A stretch of 64,000 bases of DNA from Lama glama. Its lineage: Eukaryota. The notes under the pieces were generated by a model that saw only the letters and a list, made by a program, of their open reading frames with translations, was not told where the DNA came from and did not search any database. The number at the start of each line of letters is the position of its first letter. Positions within the stretch are counted from its first letter, which is position 1. Both the position numbers and the translations under genes were made by a program. Shown in pieces: positions 25,016 to 36,320 of the stretch. The stretch spans positions 92,072,001-92,136,000 of the forward strand of contig CM052817.1 of NCBI GenBank assembly GCA_028534125.1, written 5' to 3'.

Positions 25016-26402
25016 GGTGCTGCTCTGCCTTCCCACCCCTGCCTGGGTCTGTGTCCACAGAAAATGGCCTGGGTAACTACCCATTATACAAAGTTAAGGG
25101 AATAAAGGAGGGAAAGGAAACTGAAATGCAGAAAATCAAGAAAAACTGACTCTTTGCAAAGCAGGAAATGCAGCTCACACCCAAACTTATTCTTCCACAG
25201 CCAAGAGTCCCCTCCCACCCCCATCATGCTGGCTTTGTTTTAACAGCAGGAAACTCCCTCATCTTCTCAGATGATGAGGAAGGTCTTGGGGACCAGTGCT
25301 TCCTACTAGCAGCCACCAGCTGGGTACGACACAATAACATGCTTTTTCCAAAATTACAAGTTAATACAGAGTCTAATTTTTTCCATCACATTTTTGTAAC
25401 CAAAAAAAAAAAAAATACAAAAATCCTCTTCTGGTGCTATATAACTCATAAATGTAATTAATAAAGATTTCTTGATTAGCTAAAACATGTTAAATCCAAA
25501 AAGAGCTAGACATGTTTTCTTCCTTCTATCAGATAAAGCAAGGAAGCATCTTATATTTATAAAAGCACATGCTTTCAACTATATTGGATTTTCCTTTTAA
25601 AAAGAACAATCATTGAAAGTGGCTGCCAGCAGAGAATTAGGTGCATTTAAACGGGTATTTGTGTTCTGGAAGATATTAATTGAAACTCTTTTATTTGTTG
25701 TTGTTTATGTACGTGTTTGTTTTGGTTCTGAGGAGGAGCTGAGGTTCTTTTGTGTATGAGGAAGCCTTTCATCTGAAATTCCAGCTTCATACAAAATTAA
25801 ACCAGCCTATTGGAGATATAACGTTATATAAAGCATTAAGACCTGCTGAAAATATTGTTTTAAAAAGATACGAAAAATTGAAATGGCTTTTCTGTGTGAA
25901 TCAGTCCATAACAAATATGAGACACAGCAGGGCTGATGTAACTTAGAAGAAGATGAAATCCGGGTTGCCCATTACCTATGCTCATAATACTGCTTTCCTG
26001 GGTTCTGCAGGATGGTCCAGCCTTACCAGCTAACCCCAGGGATGGCTAATGAAGTAAAAATTCTGCTTCATCTTCAGTTTTATTGGCTACCAACACATTA
26101 ACGTCAAAACCACAATGTCAGCTTCACCACAGCAGAGACCAAATTTTGGTTTAGAGACCAGCCCATCCTACTGGTCAGGAAATGACTCAAACAATAATAC
26201 TTCTCCACTGGTTTTCTCCCAGTAAAGATACAGTATGTACTGTTGTACGCATCATATTACTATTCTGTTCTCTGTTCTTGAAACAGAAATGCTCCTTTGG
26301 TACTAAAAACCAGTAATACCACACCTAAAAGAATAAAAGAACTGAGGCATCATTATGAAACTTGTTTTTTAAGTAGCCAAAGAGATTTAAAGTTACATTT
26401 TT

Positions 26403-26471
26403 TTTATTTTTTATTGAAGGATATTTGATTTACAATGTTTCAGGTTTACACCAAAGTGATTCAGTTACACA
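26403..26471 (-). mobile_element. L1 extreme 3' terminus
   Basis: ttttattgaaggatatttgatttacaatgtttcagg...caaagtgattcagtta; TSD tacattttt at 26394-26402 / 26472-26480. Confidence 0.8.
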
Positions 26472-29009
26472 TACATTTTTAATGTGTATATTTTAATGGT
26501 CTGATAGCAGCACTGTCATCAGGGATATTGATACAAAGTCTCAGCTTTTCTCTCTCAACTTTCTAAGTGAGTATAGAGGGTCCTAAGAGCTTATATAACG
26601 AGTAAAAGATAACCCTGTTTATTTCCACCAAGATCTTCTGCTTAGCAGGAGTATGTCCCAGGGTCCTTGTCCCAGAGCTCCCTGACTTAGCTGATCACAG
26701 AAAGCCTTCCACTCTATTCACAATCACCACCACCAGCATGTAACTTCCTTATGCCTTGTCTGTATCCTATCACAGAAAAAGATCTTGTAAAATAAAATCC
26801 TTTTTTTTTTTTTTGGTAATCCACACTGTTAGATAAAGCATTTTATTCATAACTTGAGAAAAAGCACTTTAAAATGGTGATCAAGATAATCTTATACTAG
26901 ATTTAACCCGTGGTGGACCCAGAGGTTTCATGTGAAACTGGATTATCATGATCTTGGCCTGACACTCCATTTCAAATTCTCATCAAGTCTACATCTCCTG
27001 CTCTACTTTTTCAGAGCTAACCTAAGTGCAGGTAAGTGTCAAGGGCTCCGACAGAACATCTTAGTACTTTGTGGAATGAATAATAGGAATGAAACATGAA
27101 AAGACCCAAGAGGTCAGCCCTGCCTCTGTCTCACAAAACAGAATTATTCCCCACAGTGTATCTTCAAGTTAGATCACATCCATTTTCTTGTTTACAAAGC
27201 TTAGTATTGATAAAGAATAACAAACAGTTGCCTGTTTAAATAGCTTAACTGACAAATTAATAAGTGAGCATGTAATTCTAAGAGGTTGTAAGTGAGGAAC
27301 ATGGAGGGGAAAAATGACCCTCTTCCACAATCTGGTCAAGGTATCCATGACATATCAATCGAGTGATGGAGATACTGACCCATTGATGCTGAAATCCTGA
27401 GAGCCTGGTGTGCAAATACCCAACAGAATAGCTAGGGAAACATTTCTGTCCTCGGAAAAAAATTATAACTGAAGATGATTCCAATTTCAATAAAGATGTT
27501 ACATGAGCTAACATGGTTTTTCCACCTCAATGCTCCTACTCCCACTTTTAATCCCATCACTGCATTGTGCTCTACCACTAGGGTGCGAATGAATGACTCA
27601 TTTGTCATCAATAGTTCAGGATATTTCTATGTAAAAACTGACTTTTCTGAGAAAAAAAAAAAAGAAACTAGAGACATGTAAAAAGACTGCAGGAGAGGAG
27701 GCTTAAATTAATTTTCCATTTCCTGTTGTTTACAAAAATCTCGCTCTTTGGTGAGACATTCCCCATTTGGAGGCAAGGCTGGATTGACTAACCTTTCTAT
27801 TCAGCCCTGGGCAGCACAGGAATGTTCTTTTCCTTCCAATTGCTCCTGACTATCATAAGCCTCCACTCTGGTCAATGGAGTTATAGCTCTTAAGAGTAAA
27901 TATCCTTACACAGTACACTGTTAAAAATTGTTATAGGCACTAGTTTCAGACATACCAATCCAACAGAATATACATTTGTGTGTGTGCACCCACAGATGAG
28001 TGAGCTGTGAAAGTCAAGAAGAATCTTCTTTATGCAACTGGCACCTTTGACTCTGGTTTCTTCTAGCAAAACAAAACTAAAATGGTATTTCCAAATACCC
28101 CTTAAAGTATCAGGATTTGGAATCTTATATTAACAAATTAGTTTAGTGTGGCATGGAGATTGACGTACACCAGCATTCAAATTTCATCATTTTTCATGGC
28201 TTTAATGTTCACCTTTTTCTTAATCATTGGTATCACAATTGCCTGGACTATTTGTAAATCACTGACAAACAATCACAACTTGAGAAAAACTCATTATTTT
28301 TCTTTTTTGATCTAAAACAGACAAGGCTTAGCAAAATCCTGAGATTAATTTCAGAATAAAATCTATTAATCGAGGAGTTAGGTTTAAAAGGAGTAGTGCC
28401 TTTATGAAAACAAGAAAACAAAAAACAAAAAGCAGAGAATTTATGAACATTATAAATGAAGGGCCACAATCTCCATTATGTATATAAACTACATGATGAA
28501 AATATATTGGTCAGCAGTTAGTAAAGAGACTAAGTCTGAGTCTAATTTTCTATCTGTTACCTGGGGCTTAAGTCTGAAGAACTATCACTACTGAGTACTT
28601 TGAACATACAGATCTTCCTCATCTTAATTATTTCAATTATTTGTCTAGACTGATGGCTGACCAGACTCTTTACCTCTTCTACCTACTAGTTTCTTTTATG
28701 TAGATTTCTTTAGGGAAAGATGAGAGCCCTCAACCAGAGTGATGGGGGAAAAAAGATGACAGCGGGGTGAGCAAAAAATACTCTGAAGAAAGAGAAGGGG
28801 TGTAGAGATAAACAGAAATTAAACAAAATAAAAAATCTAGAGGGATGTATCATGCATATCAACAACCTCTAGCTTGAAAATACTTAACAACAGCAACCAC
28901 AATCTTGGCACTCCAGGACACATACACACATATATATTAAGCTAACTCTAGAAAATCTCTTTATATACCTTTCCCCCACTCCCATCCCTCAGCTAAGTAA
29001 CCTAACTCA

Positions 29010-29061
29010 ACACACATGCATACACACAGACACACAGACACACAGACACACACACACACAC
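29010..29061. repeat. (CA)n/(GACACA)n microsatellite
   Basis: Direct reading. Confidence 0.95.
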
Positions 29062-29064
29062 CCC

Positions 29065-29345
29065 TGCCATTCCAGAACGTGCCATGGTCTCATTCTTTTG
29101 TGTCCTTACTCATGTTGTCCCCTAGCCTGGAATTCCTTTTCTTCTTCATCTACCTTCAAATTATTTATTCTTCCTTTAATAGCCAGCTCCATCATGAGCT
29201 CCTCTTGAGAGTTAGATGCCCCTGCTTTGTGGATGTCTATTACAGCACTTAACAAGCTGCACTGTCATTATTAAATGCTTTCCTGGGTCTCCAGTGAAAC
29301 TGTGAGCTTCTTGAAGGCAAAGCTGGTCTTGTACATCTCTTGAAA
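29065..29345 (+). mobile_element. L2 3' fragment
   Basis: ccctagcctggaattccttt...tattcttcctttaatagccagctc...ctgtgagcttcttgaaggca. Confidence 0.7.
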
Positions 29346-29968
29346 CCACATGGTAGACAAAAAACACATGGAATCTGGAGTCAGATATTTCAATCTTGGT
29401 TTTGACAAGGTTTATCTACAAAATGATAATAATATGTCTACTTCTCACAAATACTGTTAGGATTAAATAATTTAATTACCTTGTACATTTAATTACCTTG
29501 CTCAATAAATGTTTGAACTAATTCCTTCTGAAGACCAGTACAGGCAAAATACCTACTATTTAGTACATGTCCAATACATGTGTGTGGATTAAATTGAATC
29601 CCCATTACTCTGACTGGTCAGTTACATGCCAATGGCATACAAAGGTGATTTCACCTACTCTTGTTAACTTAGAATTCAATGCTGAAGAACATACCAAAGA
29701 AGATACTTCAAATAAAAGGTCAGAAGCTGGGGCCATGCTGCCTAACTCAGGGGCCTACCAGAAATTATCCACTGCCTCATCTATTGTGGGTGACTCACCG
29801 GTGAGCAGACTGTCCCAGCCAGAAATACTTCTTTTTAAACTTCACAATACCTCTTTTCCTCAAATATTTGATGGAAATGGAAACATATGTGATTTTCTTT
29901 TTCCTATTTACCAAGATAGCATGACTAAATGAGAACTATAAAGCTAGTTTCAACTTCCTGAGACAAGG

Positions 29969-30020
29969 CACAACACACTTACGCACACACACTCACACAC
30001 ACACACACACACACACACAC
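29969..30020. repeat. Interrupted (CA)n microsatellite ((UG)n on the - strand)
   Basis: Direct reading. Confidence 0.95.
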
Positions 30021-30763
30021 GTTATATTCATGGTTGCTTAGAATTTGAAGGTTTAAGTTCAAGTTCAAGGCACGTATAAATTTTTTTTAAAGACACAAAA
30101 CACTGAGAAAAGAGGAGAAGAGGAGAGGAGAAGAAAAAGAAAGAGGGAAAAATAGGTGTGGTAACTGACAAAGAATAGATTTGAATAGATCCTCCTACAT
30201 TCAAAGAGATTTAGTCCAGCGTGCATAACTGAGTCTAACGCTAATTTGACATAATACTTCAGGTGCTGTATTAGAATTCCACGAGAATGATTTCTTACCA
30301 CTTCCTTCTAACAAGAATTCAGTGAAGCTCTCTGGGAAAAAAGAGGGACTCAAACCTCTCACCTTGTGCACAACTGGTTCCCTAGCCCCCAAGCAAAGCT
30401 TCTCGACCATGCAGTGTCTCCTTGCCTTTTCTGAAGCCACTACATTATCACATTAGCTCAAGGGAGAAGCAGAAAGGCAGTTAATTATGGGGACAGAGAG
30501 AGCAGCACAACATCCAGAAAGCAGTTTTTTTCTTTTAATAGTCCACTTTCCTCTTATTAATAAAAAGTAAAAACTCTGATTTCTTCAGAATCACCTAGAG
30601 CTTTTAACGGAAATCTTTTCTTCAACTAGGCTAGCTTTTCTCTAGCTGATCCTATAAACACTGCTGGCAATTTTTCCCCCAATGCCTCTAACATATTTTC
30701 ACTTAGCACCAGTTTGATGTATAAGATCTGACAGCCCGGCAGTTATAGGCCACCTGCATCACT

Positions 30764-30777
30764 GTCGCCATGACAAC
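30764..30777. promoter_or_regulatory. RFX X-box motif
   Basis: GTCGCCATGACAAC closely matches the palindromic X-box GTTGCCATGGCAAC. Confidence 0.5.
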
Positions 30778-32804
30778 AGTGAAAGACAATCCATGATCCC
30801 ATGCCCTGGTCACACGTTTCAATACAGCTTATCTGTCCAAAGCCACTGAGTCTAATGGAAGAGAGTAATTACCATCTTCCACTCATTGTCAAAATTCCCA
30901 CCATATAATGCTCTTCAAAATTATTATATTCCTCTCACATGGCTGCTTTGCAAAAACTAAAAGAAACCTTAAGTGGAAAGGGTGGGGCGGGAGAAAGAGG
31001 AGGCTGTGACTGGTGTAAACGTAGCTGTGTGTGAACTGTCCCTCTGCCATGGAAGAAGCACCAGCCAGCAAGAGGAATACACAAACATGTGGAGTTCACT
31101 GAGTATCACCTGAAGAATTTTTAAAATCTGAGCAAGGAAATTAGTAAAATTTCCCAATTCTAGCCTATTCTAAAGGCATCTCATTACTACCACTGCAACC
31201 CTTGCACAGGTATCACGACTCCCCTACCACAGTATGTGGCAGTCACGGTTACACAGAACAGTATGACAGCTCACAAGGGTGGCGCCAAAAGAAGCAGAGG
31301 TCTTCAGAATGGACACTTCTCCCACAGTCACCTGTCCCAGTACTCTTCACCCCCTCTCCTTCACACTCTAAGTGTAACAAATGAATACTCGACTGTCCGA
31401 TTTTTAGATTTTGCAGTGCACCTTCTCAGTGGTGAGTACAACACTGTGTTTGAGAAAAGTCTCAATCTTCCAGTATGAAAAAGTGCAGTAAACACTTTTG
31501 TGGAAAAGTCTTGTGAGAAAAGCACTGACAGGAAAGAGTAATTCAATTTAAAGACAAAGTTAAAAGTCACATGGACTTTAAAAGCAAACTACCAAGAGCA
31601 AAAAATGGACGAAAGGACACAGGGAAAGATAACCCTCAGGTGCAGGTGCTCAACTTCTGGTGAGACTGCTCCACCCTTCCTTAACTTCAGTCATCTTCAC
31701 CGAAATAAAGTCATGCCCATCAACGACTCACCAGCTACCAACAAAGTTATGTGAAATGCTACCAAGCTTCATGACTAACAGAAAACACCTCCGTTAAGAC
31801 AAAATAAGCAAGTACATATGATGGAACAAATACCAATCCACAAAAGGACGAAAGTGATATAATTTTAAAGTATGAAACAATTAATTCTTAGATTTACTAT
31901 TCGTACACTTGTCAGAATGATTTTAAAATGTTTTATTTAGGCTAAAGCCTAAAGACTACAGCCATAAAAAATTTAACCAGCTGTCAAAACGAGTTGTGAA
32001 CTAACATTACCTGCACTATGTGTTGAACATGGCATTATGTACATTATACAACAAACATGGAGAGCCGGAGTAGCTAGAGGACTCTGTAACGCAGCCACTT
32101 TAGTTATTTGGTGGTTGGTGGACAAGCCGTTTTATGTCCCTTGCTCATCCTTTGGCCACATTGCTGTTCATTAACAGTCCTTGTTGGAGGCCAGAAAAAG
32201 ATGGTCCGAGATGAAACTGAGACTGAGCCTCCTAATGGAAAACTTCAATAGTTTGTGTAATCTCCCACAGGACACCACAGACATAGATGCTAGCAAACAC
32301 AGGGGTGTTGAGTAAATCTAGTCAAAATAGCCAACCCGTGACCAGAACATTCCAATGCATTCAGCCAACTTTAAACGCTTGGATGGAACGTTTGTACATA
32401 ATCATTTGTGGACTTCCCTTTGTCATCCTAGCTTTGTCCCTTCCCCCGATGGTGGAATTTGAAAACCATCATTTAGATAACAAGAGCTAGATCAATATAA
32501 AGGTCTTGATAGAGTAGAGCCTGTAAACTCAAGTTGCCATCGGCAAAGAATTTCCTGTCTGTTGGCCCCCACTGTGGGAGAAGATCCAACTTGTAACAGT
32601 CTTTTCTAATGTCTTTTGTAATCTTCATTTAAAGGACCTTCCCTACTACACCACCTCACTTGAAGAGTGAACTCTGAAAACTGGCTCAGAAACCTCCTTC
32701 TGAGGAGGCCAGCAGCACCCACAACCAACGTGAAGAGTGGAAGTATCTGCTCTCCCTTTTCCAGCTTGGCCAGTCCCATGGTCCCAGCGCCCACCCTGCC
32801 TTCC

Positions 32805-33515
32805 CCAGCAGTTCTTTGTCTTCTTGATCTTGACACTGCTGAAGATTACAGACCCATTCTTTTATAGAATGACTGTCAGTTTGGGTATGTCTGATGTTTC
32901 CTCATGATTAGTTTCAGGTAATTCTTTTTTAGAATAACACAGTGTGTCCTAGGTGCATCCCTACCAAGAAGCACATGATGTTGGTTTGCATCTATATTGG
33001 AGATATTAACTTGGATCATTTGGTTCAAGTGATAGCCCCTAGATTTCTCTACAATGAAGTGACCATATTTGCCTTTGTAATTAATGAGCAATTTGTTGGG
33101 AGATACTACTCTGAGACTATGTAAATATCCTGTTCCTCACCAAAATTTCACCTACCAGTCTTACTATACATCGGTGATTTTGCAACTCTGTTCTTCCTTT
33201 TGTATTTATTAGTTGGCCTTCTAAGTAAGTGAATTTCTCTCTCTCTCCCCACTCATTTATTTATTCAATTTCTGTATCAGTATGGACTTACGGGTTTTTA
33301 TTGTATTCAATTCGTTATAACCCATTACCATTTTTTTTTTTTGACATTCAACTTCTCCCAATTTGGCCAATGGGAGTGCATCAAGAAGGCTCTCGAATTT
33401 TTTTATACTTTGACCATTCCCGGTTCTTTCTGGCTCAAAAGGATGTTCTAGGTCCTACCCCAGTCTCCCCTAGCCCAGAAAGCAGCCTTTTCTCCAAGTC
33501 ATGCTCCATATTTTG
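32805..33515 (-). mobile_element. L1MC4-like 3' region
   Basis: tttgggtatgtctgatgtttcctcatgattag...gcacatgatg...ctttgtaattaatgag...gagactatgtaaatatcctgttcctca...tatcagtatggact...tttggccaatgggag. Confidence 0.9.
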
Positions 33516-34159
33516 AAAGGTAATGTGTTGACTTGATGGTTTCGAAGGCTATGATGCAAATACATTAAAAGGATCAATGTAAAAATCAGTGTTAGTCTGT
33601 TCAATATAGAATAGAAACATCTCTGATCAATCTAGAGAAAGGAGCCTAGTGCACCTTTTTCTGGTGGTCACTCCCAGTGACACCAGGACTGGCTTGGCAC
33701 CTGGCTACACAGAGCTGGGCTGTAAATGCCATGGGGCAGCTGTATGTCAGAGAGGAGAAAAGTGAGAATGCAGAGATTAGGGTTCTACAGCAACAGTGCA
33801 GGACAGCAGAGACAAGGCACAGCATGGCAGCCAGTCTGCCCTGGGCAGGGCCAAACTCAGCAAAGATTCTTTGCCAGACCAGGAGAGCCTACCCAGGGAA
33901 CCTACAGGGAAGAGACCCTTCCCTTCTTGTGTCAGTGCCAAATCACTTAGCATATTTCATGCGCTCAGAAAATAGCTTCTGGTTCCATTTTACATACAAT
34001 TTCTTAGTAATCTCTGACTGATCTGTGAGGGGGAAGATACTGTTATCTGTTCTTTTCAGAAAGAAAAAATAAAGCAGAGAACCTTCTGTAAGATGCTCAG
34101 AAGCAAGAGCAGTTTCAGGTTTGGGGAGCCTGCTGCCTATAATATTTAACTCTTCTACC

Positions 34160-34265
34160 TATATGAAAATTCCTAGGGCCCCTCCCAGAACTTTGTAAAG
34201 GGCTGTGCAAGGGAGGGGACCTGAGACTTAAGCTTCATTTATTTCATGGTAAAAATCCACCTCTG
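34160..34265 (-). mobile_element. hAT-Tip100 DNA transposon terminus (Zaphod/MER91-like)
   Basis: Reverse strand cagaggtggatttttaccatgaaataaatgaagcttaagtctcaggtcccctcccttgcac...gggaggggccctag resembles the Zaphod-family end. Confidence 0.7.
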
Positions 34266-34730
34266 CACAGAAGAAATTCCAGCTTCTCTCTGCAGACCCT
34301 ATGGTCCAGTAGTAGGACAATAATTCTTCAACAAGGCCTGTCTCCACTGGTCTGAGAGAGTCAGAGCCTCCAGGTTCTACTCCAGGAAACAGTACCGATG
34401 ACACATCTACCAGATGGGTTTCAAACCCCACCAGTATCTTTCAACGCAAAGTCGGAAAGCGACCAGAACTCCCACATAAGCATGAGATCAACTTGTTTGG
34501 CAGAGAAGTGGAGAGTCTTGCTGGCTGTTTTGTTAGCCAACTTCATCTGTACACACATGCCAATCTGTCTACCCAAGTGAAGTAACACCACAGCGAGGCA
34601 CCTAGACCCCCTCGGTCAAACTCGGTCACGAATCCCATCCGGAGTCATAGGTGCAGCTTGAAGCGGAACCTGGAAATTCAGGCTAACAGATCTAAGTGAT
34701 GCTGCTCTTCAGGCTGTGGGGAGAACTCAC

Positions 34731-34900
34731 ATTTTATTTTATTTATTTATTTTTTAATATGTATTTTTATTGAAGTATAGTCAGTTTACAATGCTGTGTC
34801 AATTTCTGGTGTACAGCACAATGCTTCACTCATATAGGAACATACATATATTCGTTTTCATATTCTTTTTCACCATAAGTTACTACAAGATACTGAATAT
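34731..34900 (-). mobile_element. Young cetartiodactyl/camelid L1 3' end running into the assembly gap
   Basis: (TTTA)n tail then ttgaagtatagtcagtttacaatgctgtgtcaatttctggtgtacagcacaatg...agttactacaagatactgaatat. Confidence 0.95.
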
Positions 34901-35400
34901 NNNNNNNNNNNNNNNNNNNNNNNNNNNNNNNNNNNNNNNNNNNNNNNNNNNNNNNNNNNNNNNNNNNNNNNNNNNNNNNNNNNNNNNNNNNNNNNNNNNN
35001 NNNNNNNNNNNNNNNNNNNNNNNNNNNNNNNNNNNNNNNNNNNNNNNNNNNNNNNNNNNNNNNNNNNNNNNNNNNNNNNNNNNNNNNNNNNNNNNNNNNN
35101 NNNNNNNNNNNNNNNNNNNNNNNNNNNNNNNNNNNNNNNNNNNNNNNNNNNNNNNNNNNNNNNNNNNNNNNNNNNNNNNNNNNNNNNNNNNNNNNNNNNN
35201 NNNNNNNNNNNNNNNNNNNNNNNNNNNNNNNNNNNNNNNNNNNNNNNNNNNNNNNNNNNNNNNNNNNNNNNNNNNNNNNNNNNNNNNNNNNNNNNNNNNN
35301 NNNNNNNNNNNNNNNNNNNNNNNNNNNNNNNNNNNNNNNNNNNNNNNNNNNNNNNNNNNNNNNNNNNNNNNNNNNNNNNNNNNNNNNNNNNNNNNNNNNN
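34901..35400. other. Assembly gap (500 N)
   Basis: Run of N; the round length suggests a placeholder size. Confidence 1.
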
Positions 35401-35624
35401 GTTCTTTTTCCTCTCACCTAAACAGAGGCTTATTTTAATTAAAATAAAACTACAATATTATTGGGTTTTATAATCATGTAGCTGTATATAGCTGTATATA
35501 ATTGCAATGAAATCAAACTGCTGTTTTTAGGTAACTCCTTCCCTTGAAACTCTTCTTAGCTACCTTTGACAAAATACCAGTGTGTTTCTACACTATAAGT
35601 TTTGTGTCTGTATGTGTCTTTTTC

Positions 35625-36320
35625 CCTTTTTTAAACTTTTTATGATCCAAAATTTCAAACACACAAAAGCAGTCAGAATAATGTAATGAATCCCCACTGC
35701 CCAGCTTCAACCCTTGGCCTATCCTGTTTCATCTATACCTCATACCCAATGCTATGGTCTGAATGCTTGTGTCCACCCTAAAATTCATATTTGGAAGTTC
35801 TAAACCCCTGAAGTGATGGTAGTAGTAGGTGGGGCCTTTGGGAGATGCTTAGATCATGTGGGTGGAGCCCTCATGAATGTGATTAGTGCCCTTATCAAAG
35901 AGGCTCCAGAGAGATCCCCAACCCTTTCTGCCACATGAGGATGCAACAAGAAGCCTGCAGCCCAGGAGATGCCCCTCACCAGACAACGGGGGCACCCTGG
36001 TTTCAGACCTCCAGAGTTCAAAACTTTGAACAATAATACATTTCTGCTGTTTTTAAGCCACCTAGTCTTTGGCACTTTGTTATAGCAGGCCAGTCAGACT
36101 ATGACATCCACTTTCCCTTCTATATATATTAAAGCAAATCCAAATCATCATATCATATCTGTAAATATTTCAGAATGTACCTTTACATGTCATTGTCTCT
36201 TTTTTCCAAAAACCAAACCATCATACCAGTATCACATCTAAACAGTACTTAATAATAATTCCTAAGTATCATCAAATATCCAGTTAGTGTTAAAATTTCC
36301 AATTGTCTCAATTTTTTTGC
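35625..36320 (-). mobile_element. L1MC5-like 3' end, interrupted by MLT1A0
   Basis: aaaatttcaaacacacaaaag...cccagcttcaa...tgtttcatctatacc | aagcaaatccaaatcatcatatca...tatcatcaaatatccagt. Confidence 0.8.
35750..36106 (+). mobile_element. Solo MaLR LTR (MLT1A0-like), full length
   Basis: tgctatggtctgaatg...ggtggggcctttgggag...gtggagccctcatgaatg...taagccacctagtct...ttgttatagcag...gactatgaca. Confidence 0.95.

Noticed and set aside
34228..34431. Possible processed pseudogene (minus ORF ending at AATAAA)
   Set aside because: The AATAAA lies within a hAT-Tip100 terminus; no poly(A), TSD or recognisable protein
34770..35438. 222-aa and 195-aa ORFs
   Set aside because: Artefacts of translating through the N gap
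32805..36320. Apparent out-of-order halves of one L1MC element around the gap (possible misassembly)
   Set aside because: The two pieces resemble different subfamilies (L1MC4-like and L1MC5-like), so independent insertions are simpler
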